From contig NC_086108.1 in NCBI RefSeq assembly GCF_963921235.1, positions 47,866,001-47,930,000 on the forward strand: a stretch of 64,000 nucleotides of DNA, in the 5' to 3' direction. The DNA comes from Mobula hypostoma. Taxonomy: Eukaryota. The notes beneath the pieces were generated by a model. That model did no database searches. It saw only the letters and a program-made list of their open reading frames with translations, and was not told the DNA's origin. How positions within the stretch are numbered: the stretch's first letter is position 1; every line of letters begins with the position of its first letter. Below are positions 53,031-64,000 of the stretch, piece by piece. Both the position numbers and the translations under genes were made by a program.

Positions 53031-53574
53031 AAAATGAATACCAAACCTTCCTCGCCTCGTCCGTTTCTGCCTAAGCCCGGTGAGCCGAAGCCCTTAAGCC
53101 TTCACTCCGCTCCCGGCTCACTCCGCAGCCCGCAAACGACGCTGCCTGCTGTATAAGGCTCTGTTCCTTTTAAATCTTTTGCGCTTCACTGCCCAGCGTC
53201 ACACGCCTGCGCAGTTCTGCCTCTCTGAATGCCAATGGAAAAAAAACCGAAAAATTCAAAAATGGCTTCCTCCGCACTCCCGATCTGATTCTCAGACTTC
53301 CTTCTTCCTTTCTTGTCCTTTGTGTTTAGCAAATGAATATCGAGCCTCAATCACAAGGAGGTTAGACCTGTTCTGCCCAGGGTCTCTGCCTGCTGTAACC
53401 TTGTTTTGTCGAATAAATAAACTGCCCTGTACCTCCCGGTAATGCAACGCTCTGTGATTTCATCCACGCCACAACAACGACGATCTGGCAATGCTGTTGT
53501 TTTCATGTTGGAGGAGCTGCATGCTGCATGGTACAATATGTGTGTGTTGGCGTGTGTTGGCTCCTTGCTGTGTT

Positions 53575-55189
53575 ATGGTATAAATGCTCATGCAAACCAA
53601 GGAAGGGGACATAAATCATACCTATCTAAAACAACATGTGAGGAATTCATCAGTCTGATTGGATCCAGCATACTGGATCACATTATTGGCGAAGTGAAGG
53701 AATACAAGTATTATTCTGTTTCATTGGATTCTACTCCAGATATATCTAATGTGGACCAGCTGACTTTGACTGTGCGCTATGTTTTGCCGTCTGGACCAGT
53801 TGAAAGATTTGTGAAGTTTTTTGGATATGGAAGGTCATAATGCTGAACAGCTCGCCCAAAGTTTTCTTGACTTTTTAAAGGAAAATGACATTGATACAAA
53901 CGACTGCTGTGGTCAAAGTTATGACAATGCCAGCAACATGAGTGGCAAGTATAGTGGCTTACAAGCTGAATGAGTTTGCTGATTACATTCCATGTTCTGC
54001 ACATTCACTAAATTTGGTTGGAAAATGTGCTGCTGAATGTTGTCAAGAAGCATTAATTTTCTTGCAATTTGTAGAAAGCCTGTACACATTTTTTTCTGTT
54101 TCTACTTATCAGTGGGATCTCCTTTCTGCTGCATTTTCTGATGGTGGTGCTCATTTGCCCGTTGTGAAAAGAATGTCAGATATCAGGTGGTCAGCTCGTG
54201 CAGATGCAACAAAAGCACTTTTACACAGCTTTTCTGCAATAAAACAAGTCTTGGATGACATTTCAAATAACAATGATGAGAAGGCAGAGTGTTGGCAACA
54301 GGTTCGTGGACTACTTTCAACCATGATGAAGTTGGAAACAGGAATAATGGTCATATTGTGGGATCAAGTATTACAGCATTTTCAAATGACCAGTGCTTCT
54401 TTGCAATCTTCTGGCCAAGACTTGAACACATCTTGTGCATTCTATGAATCCTTGCATGGATATATTTAAGCTATGTGGTCTACTTTATTAGACATTGAGC
54501 AAAAAGCCAAGGATCTGACTAAGTGTGAAGATTATCAACAGCAAACTCGAAGAAAACACAAGCAAAATCGCGTGTATGATGATTTCAGTAGTTCCAGCAC
54601 TCTTGATCCACCTGTTGAATCTCAAATGCCTTCTCAGAAGGTTAAAAGCCGAACATTTCTTGTCATTATTGACAGCTTGCTTTCTGCCCTGTCAAAAAGG
54701 CAGAAAGTTTATCTAAAGGTGAATGGTGTTTTTGGATTCCTTCATCAGTTACGGTCGTTTACACCTGAAGATATTATAAAGAGATAATCAAATGTTATTA
54801 AATCATATCCGGAAGAAAGTCTTGATGAAGAGTTTGTGCAGTTTACTGAACTGTTGAAATCTGATCTTGTTTCTCATATTGGCGCCAAACAAGACCTTGT
54901 GGAGTTACAGTTGTACCGTTTGATAACTGACAATTCTTTGGAGTCATGTTTTTCAAATGTAGAAAATGCCTTGTGCGTCTATTTGTCACTCATGGTTGCC
55001 AACTGCAGTGGAGAACACTCATTTTCAAAACTGAAAAGGATTAAAAATGAACTAAGGATCACCATGGGTCAAAACAGATTGAACAATCTCACTCTAATGA
55101 GCATTGAACAAGAACTTCTGTGTGAAATAGACATTTCCAGTATCATCAACAAATTTGCTCATGCTAAATCTAGAAAATCTAACTTTTAA
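53575..55189 (+). pseudogene. hAT transposase (DUF4371 plus hATC dimerisation domain), N-terminus missing, frameshifted
   Basis: YYSVSLDSTPDISNVDQL...VERF, GQSYDNASNMSG, YIPCSAHSLNLVG, RWSAR, CSGEHSFSKLKRIKNELR.TMGQ.RLNNL.LMSIE. Confidence 0.9.
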
Positions 55190-55422
55190 ATTGTAGTTTT
55201 GTTACTTTTGACATTTGAAATTGATACCTACATGTAAGTAATACTGTTACTGAAGTATCAGACATTTGTTGTATTATCTGGCTGTATAGAAAGTGAAAAA
55301 AATTGAATTACTTTACTATGTAAGTAAATAATTAATGTTTTAATACTTATGTGCATTTAAAAAATTTTAGGGCCCCTTTATAACATATGCTACAGGCCCC
55401 GTACTAGCTTAATCCGGCCCTG

Positions 55423-55712
55423 CTGGGCACCACAGTGGTGTAGCAGTTGGTGTGATGCTACTACAGCTCGGGGGTGTCGGAGTTCCGAGCTCAATCCTGG
55501 TGTCCTCAGGAAGGAGTTTATATGTCTTCCCTGTGCAATGCCTGGGCTTTCTCTGGATGCTCTGGTTTCCTCCCACCGTCCAAATGGCATACTGGCTAGT
55601 AGGTCATTGTAAATTGTCCTGTGATTAGGCTAGAGTTAAACTGGGGCCACAGGGTGGTGTGGGTCAAAGGCCCAGAAGGTACTGTTCTTCACTGTGTCTC
55701 TAAATAAATAAT
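55423..55712 (+). mobile_element. V-SINE-like SINE whose 5' end is the hAT target site
   Basis: tRNA-like head 'gtggtgtagcagttgg...', V-domain 'tgggctttctctggatgctctggtttcctcccac', (TAAA)n tail. Confidence 0.65.
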
Positions 55713-56319
55713 ATTTCCTGCGCTTGGTTTAATTCTAAAAGTTGTGCATAACATTCTGGAAAAAACTGGCCTTTGTTCTCTCTTAAGATGTATTAGCCAG
55801 AATTCAGCTTCATTTCAGCCTCTGATTCTTCTCATCATCTTGTGGAGAAGACATCTCTCTCTGCAGTGTATTTCACACCCTGATGACCCATTCCCTCAGT
55901 CTCTTAGGCATCTGGACGCTCTTCTAAGCAGAGGAAATAGCTTGCACCCTCAAAACCTGTTATAATTTAAAAACCTTTATTTAATCACTTCATTGTCTTC
56001 TCTGCTCTGGTGGATAAACATAATACCAAGATCTCAAATTTATCTGACTTTATCTTTCTTATGATCTGACACCATCAGCTTTGCCAATGGTCCAGCTGTA
56101 TTCCCGAGTTTCTCAGCATCTCAATCAGTTTGAGTTGAGGGGAGGATTGGCAATGGTATGTAGAAGAGGGGAGAGGTGTAATGGTCATGGAAGCAGATGG
56201 TTACAAAATGCATAACTTTAAAAGAGAGAATTTAGCAGACTTCGATAGAAAAGATTTTGCAGCATTAACTTCAAAATGCAGTAAAACTACAGAATTAGTA
56301 TTTAAGAAGGTCATGTTCA

Positions 56320-57562
56320 CCTCAGTAATAAACAAATGCTTTAAGAGGCTGGTCAAGGACTACATCTGCAGCATGGACCCCCTGCAATTTGCCTACTGAC
56401 ACAACCAATCGACAGACAATACAATAGCCACAGCTCTACACACCTGGAGAAGAGGTGTGCTTATATGAGAATGCTGTTCTTGGACTACAGTTCAGCATTC
56501 AACACTATAATTCCCTCCAGGCTTGACAAGAAACACAGAGACCTCGGCCTTCCCCCTGCCTTGTGTTGCTGGATCCTGGACCTCCTATCAGATTGTCGGC
56601 AGGTGGTAAGAGTGGGCTCCCTCACCTCTGCCCCTCTGACCCTCAACACAGATGCCCCTCAGGGCTGTGTCCTAAGCCCTTTCCTTTACTCTCTGTATAC
56701 CCATGACTGTGTCGTCACCTACAGCTCCAATCTTCTAATTAAATTTGCTGATGACACAACTCTGATTGGCCTACTCTCAAATAATAATGAGGCAGCCTAC
56801 TGAGAAGAAGTCATCTCCCTGACACTGTGGTGACAAGAAAACAATCTCTCCCTCAATGTTGTAAAAACAAAGGAGCTGGTTGTGGACTACAGGAGGAATG
56901 GAGACAGGCTAACCCTTATTGATATCAATTGGTCTGAGGTTGAGAGGGTGAACAGCTTTAAGTTCCTCGGCATACACATCACTGAGGATCTCAAGTGGTC
57001 TGTACATACTGGCTGTCTGGTGAAAAAGGCACAACAGCGCCTTTTCAATCTCAGACAGAATAAGAAGTTTGGTATGGGCTCTCAAATCCTAAGGACTTTC
57101 TACAGGGGTACAATTGAGAGCATCCTGACTGGCTGCATCACTGCCTGGTATGGGAACTGTACTTACCTCAATCGCAGGACTCTGCAGAGAGTGGTGCGGA
57201 TAGCCCAGTGCTTCTGAAGATGTGAACTTCCCACTAATCAGGACATTAGTGGGAAAAAGGGCTTGAAGGATCACTGGGGACCCCAACCACAAACTGTTCC
57301 AGCTGCTACCATCTGGGAAACAGTACCACAGCATTAGAGTCAGGTCCAACAGGCTCCAGGACAGCTTCTTCCACCAGGCCATCAGACTGATTAATTCATG
57401 CTGATACAATTGTATTTCTATGTTATATTGACTGTCCTGATGTACATACTATTTATTATAAATTACTATAAATTGCACATTGCACATTTAGACAGAGATG
57501 TAACGTAAAGGTTTTTACTCCTTGTGTATCTGAAGGATGTAAGTAATAAAGTCAATTCAATA
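56320..57562 (+). mobile_element. Rex1/Babar-like LINE, 5'-truncated
   Basis: MDPLQFAY, RMLFLDYSSAFNTIIP, PQGCVLSP.LYSLYTHDC, KFADDTT. Confidence 0.9.
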
Positions 57563-59208
57563 AGATGTTGCTATGTTAGCTTTAGTGATGAAAGTGAATG
57601 GGAGATTGTCCACTCTACACTTTAGATTCATGGCGTGGGCTCGGGTCATAACTGAATTCACCTTTTGATAAGGCTTTCCTATGTTCTGTTGCTACTTGCT
57701 CTCCCTATTGAACCGCTGGTAGCAAAATCACTTCTGTTTTGTAATCAAGGTGCCTCCAAACTTTACACGTTGCATGATTTTAAGATTGTTTGAGTCAGGT
57801 CTAATGGTTTTTTACACACCCTCTTTAAATCTTTTTTATTCAAAATAATTTGCTAAAGATAACGAGACATGAAGGGATTATAAAGCACAGGATGTCAGTA
57901 GAACCTAAAGGTATTTTTATTCTCATGAATGACATTTGCTGGGCTATTAATTTTAAAAAAACAATCTTTCTCTAGAATTGCCACATGGACTAAAACATTG
58001 TATACAAGTATTAGTGATATGTCAAAATCATTGTAAATATGAAGTATCATAGCAACAGAAAAACTGATTCTGTTAAAGGTGAGTCAGTTACTGTGAAAGA
58101 GATGGATTTTAAAAGGAGACACAATAATTTTATGTGGCAATTAATCTCTCTTGATCTGATATGCAAGCTGTCAGAGAACATTTCAAGGACTACTTACCAC
58201 ATCATGTATGGTGACCTTTGTGCTTTCCAGTAATTTAGTACAAACAGGTGTGGGAATTGCACATGTAAACTGTTTTCCATATATTGCTAACCAGGTCAGC
58301 TTGGAAGCAGAGCCGACTTGAAACTGGAAACTATCCAATAAAGGTGAACCCACTGGTTCAATCTAGCTAGACAGTTTCAAGCTTGTAATCAGGAATTAAG
58401 TTACAACAAATCCCTCTTCACGTCATCAATTAGACAAGCTGCATCTTGTCATCAGCATAAATGCAGGAATTCAGGTATTTAATTTACACTGCAGTCTCAT
58501 TTCATTTTTTTCCTAGAATTTTCAGGCTTTTACCTGCCTATCAAATCCAAGATCCAGTTCCTAATGTTGCTGTTTATTAATCCTTGTGAATTATTTTGCT
58601 CACTAACAATTTCAGAATCTACCACCTTCTCAGGACATTAACAACTGAAATAACCCTTGAACAATCATTTTCTCTGATGACTCCATAGAAAGACACTTAT
58701 TTAAATCAAATCTCCACTTCTTAATAATGATGTATTTTGTTCATAAGTATGGCATCTCCAAGCTTGATGCATATATTTGAAAAAATTGCAAAGGTTAATT
58801 AAGTAGAACAATATAAGATTATATGTGTATTTTGTTTTATAAGCATTCAGTGACAACATTTCTGTATTTAATCACTGATTAAGGAAAGAGATCTACTAAA
58901 TTACATCAATTGGCGCAGAGTGAACAGTATAAACAAGGATAACAGGTCACCTCAGAGGAACCAAATCGCCTGATCAAATATTCATTTTTATTATTTTGTT
59001 TACTGTTAAATTAGATGAGGAAATTTTACTAATTAAACTAATGGTGATATTCCCTCTCATTTATTCTGTCCTATATTTTCAAAGATGCTGCCATAATAAA
59101 TTTATCTAAGGTTTTATGATATTTTTATGTCGCAGCTTTTGAATTGTTTTCCTAAATTATTTAATTTCATAATTAAAATCAAATTCTTACTTTTTTATGT
59201 TTTTGAAG

Positions 59209-59294
59209 GTTTTGACCCTTTTGCATGATTCTCTGCTCTTGAAGCCTCTCTCGTATTACCTTGATCTCCTCCTAAGGTATCAATCTTTATCTAA
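59209..59294 (+). CDS. Candidate internal exon of an unidentified gene
   Basis: T-rich acceptor ...ttttttatgtttttgaag|; donors at 59277 (gtatca) or 59295 (gtaaga). Single open frame VLTLLHDSLLLKPLSYYLDLLLRYQSLS in AT-rich unique flanks. Confidence 0.3.
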
Positions 59295-60274
59295 GTAAGA
59301 TTTCATAAATACACCTGATATTTTAATGACTAATGTGCATTTAATTAATTACTATGGGCGAGCTGTGACCACATAATTGAACTATGAACATAACTGGCCT
59401 GCTTGTACTGTTGCTACACAGCAGCTATGACCTGGGTTCACTCCTGACCTCAGATGCTGCCTGCCCAGAGCTTGCTACCCAAAGATGTTCAGATTGATTG
59501 CTTAATTTGTGGTTTTAAATTGTACCTCATGTGGATAGATGGAAAAAGAAGCAGACAGGAGGTGACCAGCATGTGAGAAGGAAATGTGGGGAATGGGACT
59601 GATGGGAATGCTCTGAGAGCCAGCATTGGCTCAATGTGTTGAGGGGCTTCCTTCTTCGTCATTATGTAATATAACCTAGACCCAGATTAACCCAGTGAAT
59701 GATGTCTAGATCTGATAGGAGAGGTATTTCTGGCTCTTTTATCACCCAGATCAGACTACACAAAATCTTGTGAAAATCTCTTGCATGACAACTTCTAGTT
59801 TTTCTTAACAAATCCCCCTTCTCCTGGTCACTTTTCCAATGGATTTCCCCAGACAACGCATACAAAACGCTGGAGGATCCAAGTGTGTTGCTCGGGTTTC
59901 CAGCAGCTGCAGATTCTCTCTTGTTTGAGGTTTCCCCAAGGCTCAGTAACAAGAACATGTCTTTTCTCATGATACCTCATATAGATGTACCAGCAGTTTT
60001 GGGTTCTTAGAGCATAATTTCCAGATTTGTCGATGACGCAAAACCTGGGGTCATAGTGAACCATAAGGAGAATAGTGATAGACTTCCAGGAGACATAGAC
60101 AAGTGGATGAAATGTGCAGTCATTGCAACTTAATGTTGAAAATGTGAAATATTACGTATTGGTATGAAAAAAAGGAGAAAGGGCAATATAAACTGGAGGA
60201 TACAAGAACCTCCAGGATCTGAAGGTTATATGTGTCTTGTTTATTGAAAGTGGCTAATTAAAATATGCGTTTAC

Positions 60275-60858
60275 AGATCCCACAACCTGCCTGGGTCGTA
60301 GGGGCGCTGTACCAGTTGTCTTCATCTCTCACAGTTCTGAGCGAGTACCTCGGTTGTGGCAAAGCTCTCTCCAGTGCACTCTGCAATGTGCAATGCTGTC
60401 TACCCATTTCTTCCTCTGTCAGCTGCTGTTTCGTTTTCCCTGCACCATTCCCTGAAGAATGGTCTTTGAGAGTCCACATGATCTTGTTATGTGGCCATAC
60501 CATCTCAGCTTCCTCTTCTTTAATGTAGACAGTAGATCTTTGTGCTGTCTCATGTGCTGGGTGATGATTCTTTGTACTTCTTGGTTTGAGACAATGTCTG
60601 TATAGGAGATGCTGAGGAGCCTTCTGAAGCATCTCATTTCTGCTGCCTGGATCTCCTTTTGCAGTTCTGCAGTCAAAGTCCATGGTTCGCATGCATACAG
60701 AAAGATGGAAAGCACAAATGCATGCAGGAGTTTCATCTTGGATCTGAGAGTGATGTTAATGTCTCTCCAGATTGGTTTTAGTTTTCCCAGCACTGCTGCT
60801 GTTTGAGCTGTCCTTGTAAGGACTTCAGGCTTTGATCCTTCTTGGTTGATGATGGCAA
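60275..60858 (-). mobile_element. RTE-clade LINE 3' fragment
   Basis: KLKPIWRD.NI.L.SKMKLL..FLYACE.WTL...EMRCFRRLL.ISY...KRKLRWYGH. Confidence 0.85.
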
Positions 60859-60975
60859 ATTTTATTTATATGGAATATATGAGTGAAGAAGTCAAGATGA
60901 ACCTTTAATAAGCATTGTTTTGTCCTTTACTGCAGTAGTGTGTTCAGTTCTGATAACACATTTTAGGAAAAATGA

Positions 60976-61139
60976 CAACGCAAACACGAGGAAATCTGCA
61001 GATGCTGGAAATTCAAGCAACACACACAAAATGCTGGTGGAACACAGCAGGCCAGGCAGCATCTATAGGAAGAGGTACAGTCAACGTACAGTAGATGCTG
61101 CCTGGCCTGCTGCGTTTCACCAGCATTTTGTGTGTGTTG
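60976..61139. mobile_element. Palindromic Penelope pseudo-LTR insertion in a CR1 fragment
   Basis: Inverted arms; 13-bp TSD TTAGGAAAAATGA at 60963-60975 and 61140-61152. Confidence 0.85.
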
Positions 61140-61591
61140 TTAGGAAAAATGAGAAGGTTTTAGAAAGGATGCACTTTAGTTATGTAGCGGGACTAGAGGA
61201 GCTGGGGTTGTTTTCCTTAGAACAGAGGAGACCACAGAGAGATCTAACAAATATACTTAAAATCAAGGAGTATATCAGCAAAGTAGATAAAGGGAACTGT
61301 TCATATTGGTGCAGCAGCTGGGAACTAGGAGATGTGTTTTTTTTATTTGTTAATTTACGGGATGTGGGCATCTCCCATCCCTAGTTTCATTTAATCCACA
61401 GTACATGATGGTCAGTGGAGGAATGCACATACTATGGAATCATTATAAAGTAATTTTCTTAAATTTAATCCATCATTTGAAGCATAACACAATGAGGTGG
61501 CAATTTTTAGTATTACTTCTAAACTTCTTCAGATCAGAATAGATCCTTCTTCAACAAAATCACTATGAATGAGAAGTATGCATGATAATCT

Positions 61592-62626
61592 TCTCATGGC
61601 CCGGTCCATGAAGTCCGCATTCTGGTTCACAGTCCGGTCCGTGGACTCAGGACTGTGGGTCTTCCAGCTGTCCCTTGTTTTGATTGAGTTAAGCATAGGC
61701 ACCCGATTCCCATCTTGGGGCTTGGAATATAAGTAGCCTTGGGGTTGACAGTGGGCTGCTGGTTTGTCTTGTCAGTCCCCCTTGGAGCAACCTGCTGTTG
61801 GAAGGCTAGTGAAACCATTTGTGATTTCTAGGCCTGGTTGGAGGACCACTGCTTCATGGAGCCTTGTTGCTGCTTGTTGGAGCAGTCATTGTGGTATGGA
61901 CTTGGCTGTTTCTGTAGCCAGCCAAGGTTGCTGGCTGCCCCGAGACTCAGAGCCACCTGGGATTGAGCTCCTTTCCTGTCCTTGCCTCTGTTGGGTAAGC
62001 CAGGCTGTAATTGCTGTTACCCTGCAGTTGGTCCCGTCCCTTCCTGTCCCTTGCCTCTGTCGGGTAAGCCAGGCCGAGTGCCGTTACCCTGCGGTTGGTT
62101 CTGTCCCTTCCTGTCCCTTGCCTCTGTTGGGTAAGCAGGCTGTTTGCCTTTACCCTGTGGTTGGGTCCAACCCTCCCTGTCCTTGCCTTCGCGTCCTGCC
62201 CAGGAGTTGCTTCAAGGACCCTAGCCTGGAGGATCCCAAGCCAAGCTCCAAGGACCCAAGCCTGAAGTCCCCAGCCTGCAGCCAAGCTCAAGACCCGAGA
62301 GCCCAGCCTGTCTCCAAGCTCGGTCCTCTAGACCCCAGCCACGTCCTGTCCTGAAGCCATGTCATGTCCTTGCCTGGTTCTGGGGTCCGAGCCCGAGGCA
62401 AGACCCAGGTTCTGGGTCCTTGTCCAGTCTCGGGCTCGAAGTCCAAGCCTTGTCTCCTATTCCATGGTTTCAAGTCCTTGTCCCGCTTTCCCTGGCCCAA
62501 GTCTGTGTTCTTGTCCCTGTTCCTTGACTGTATCCTGTCACATCCCTACTCGAGTCAAGTCCTGTTCCTTGTACTTCAGAGTCTGTGTCTCGCATTTGGG
62601 TCCGTTCCCAGCACCCCATTGTGACA
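61592..62626 (+). mobile_element. Solo LTR (Gypsy-like), about 1035 bp, with internal tandem repeats
   Basis: T(c)TCA...TGACA termini; 5-bp TSD AATCT at 61587-61591 and 62627-62631; TATA-like 'aatataag'; about 60-bp repeats at 61975-62190. Confidence 0.8.
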
Positions 62627-64000
62627 AATCTAGTTTAAAGCAGAAAAGCAATCTCTTGTACATAATCCAAAATACCTGGGTACAAAATCTACACTGTTGC
62701 TTCAGGACTCTATGACTGTTTTATTGTCAAAGGTACAATTTTTTTGGACATGGTTTCAAAATAAAGACCTTGTCTGTTTATCTTGGCTACAAAGTTATTT
62801 AAAGAAGAGCAGTAGACCTCGCTGAGTAAACTGCCCAATTTGATTCTTAAACATTTTAGTTAAATATACAAATGCCCTGGTCATTTATCTACTGTTTGTG
62901 AACCTTCCTCTGTGTAATTTGTCATTATTATCCACCAGTAAAAAAAAAATTCTGGGCTTGAAAAAATGTTTTTTATATTTGCAAGTCTTTCATTCTTGTG
63001 CTTTATCATAATCTATCTGAATGGGAAAAATGTTGAAATTGAAGTAGCTTTCATTCAAATTCTACATAAAGCAATTTATTTGAGAATTAATCAGGAAATG
63101 AAACTTGGAGTTAATTGCCCTAAGGTTGGATTTAATTACACCACCTCTGGTGTACGACTGCTGACTTAACAGAGGCCAGCTATCTAAACTCAGACTTGAA
63201 CTTTAAAGCCTTCATGGCTCAGTATTGATTGCGAAAGTCCTTTGCTCTTTGGAAAATCTGTCATATGATTGACTGCTAATAGGTTCCTTTTCTAATAGGA
63301 ATTTGTACCACATGCTCAAACTGTGTTATTTGACTATTGCTCTAAATATAGACTGTATGTACATAATGTTCCGGTTAATTGGTACTGCAAATTTAGGCTG
63401 GGTTTTTGAGTTGTTTAAATTGACGTGTTCTGAGTCTGGAACAATCTGATCTGTTTGTTGAGATTGATTTGTGTTTTGAAATGAATAGACACAGTCATAG
63501 AGAGGTTATAGAGATACAGTACACAAGTTAGTTTACATTGTTTTGGTATGAGTGCTTATTTGAGACTGAATTTTAAAGTTACTTTGCAAATCCATGGCCT
63601 GTTCTTCATCAAGTTATGGTGTTCTAACCATATGTTATAGTCATGTGGTTTTTGTTAGTTTTTCAGTTTTGGTCTGTCCTGTGTTTCTGTGATATCACAC
63701 TGGAGGAATATTGTATCATTTCTTAATGCATGCATTACTAAATGACAATAAAAGAGGACTGTGTGCCCTCATAATCTAATCCAAAATCACCTTTCATGAT
63801 GTTGATGAAGAATTTGAAGTACTGCATTTGCTCAAAATGGACACAAAAATTAATTAATTCTTTCATTATCAATTCATTTAGCCCTTCAAACTCATTAAGG
63901 ATGCCATGTATCTGGCTAGCACTGCAACGAATGATCATTCCCAAAGACAGCAAGTTGAACAGGAATAAGAATGGATGACACACAGAAAATGCTGGAGGAA

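Larger units (their letters stand above)
49814..53285 (-). mobile_element. CR1 LINE with 5' UTR, ORF1 and internally deleted ORF2
   Basis: CpG-rich 5' UTR, zinc-finger/leucine-zipper ORF1, SGNH esterase, RT, and (TTTCTATG)n 3' tail. Confidence 0.95.
49303..55422 (+). mobile_element. hAT DNA transposon (ZMYM1/DUF4371-type transposase), composite, with nested CR1
   Basis: TIRs CAGGGCC(A/G)GATTAA at both ends; 8-bp TSD CTGGGCGC (49295-49302) / CTGGGCAC (55423-55430); subterminal GGGCCCC motifs. Confidence 0.9.

Noticed and set aside
53442..55189. Host ZMYM1/THAP12-like gene
   Set aside because: Multiple stops and frameshifts, no introns, and flanking TIRs with an 8-bp TSD show it is a decayed hAT transposase.
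61975..62190. CRISPR-like repeat-spacer array
   Set aside because: The units are degenerate tandem copies without unique spacers, inside an LTR, in a vertebrate context with no cas genes.

Overview
Eukaryotic, repeat-saturated vertebrate DNA. The repeat mix suggests a cartilaginous fish, probably a batoid/ray (inference): CR1, Rex1/Babar and RTE LINEs, V-SINE/CORE-SINE-like SINEs, Penelope-like elements, Ty3/Gypsy relics, and hAT and mariner DNA transposons. I found no prokaryotic features, no rRNA/tRNA genes, no CRISPR and no identifiable intact host gene. Nearly all long ORFs are transposon-derived or antisense to transposons. Most notable: (1) a Penelope-like (GIY-YIG) family whose pseudo-LTR carries a minimal type I hammerhead ribozyme, with about a dozen remnants, several folded into palindromes with 13-14 bp TSDs; (2) a 6.1-kb hAT element (TIRs, 8-bp TSD) carrying an unexplained antisense ORF and a nested CR1 whose ORF1 esterase is fused in frame to ORF2 RT; (3) a CpG-retaining promoter-like island at about 8.65-9.53 kb with a candidate minus-strand first exon; (4) an old 1.4-kb fold-back element; (5) a tentative phase-compatible chain of three plus-strand exons. 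Boundaries without a TSD/TIR are approximate (tens of bp). All family assignments come from motif recognition by eye, not database searches.
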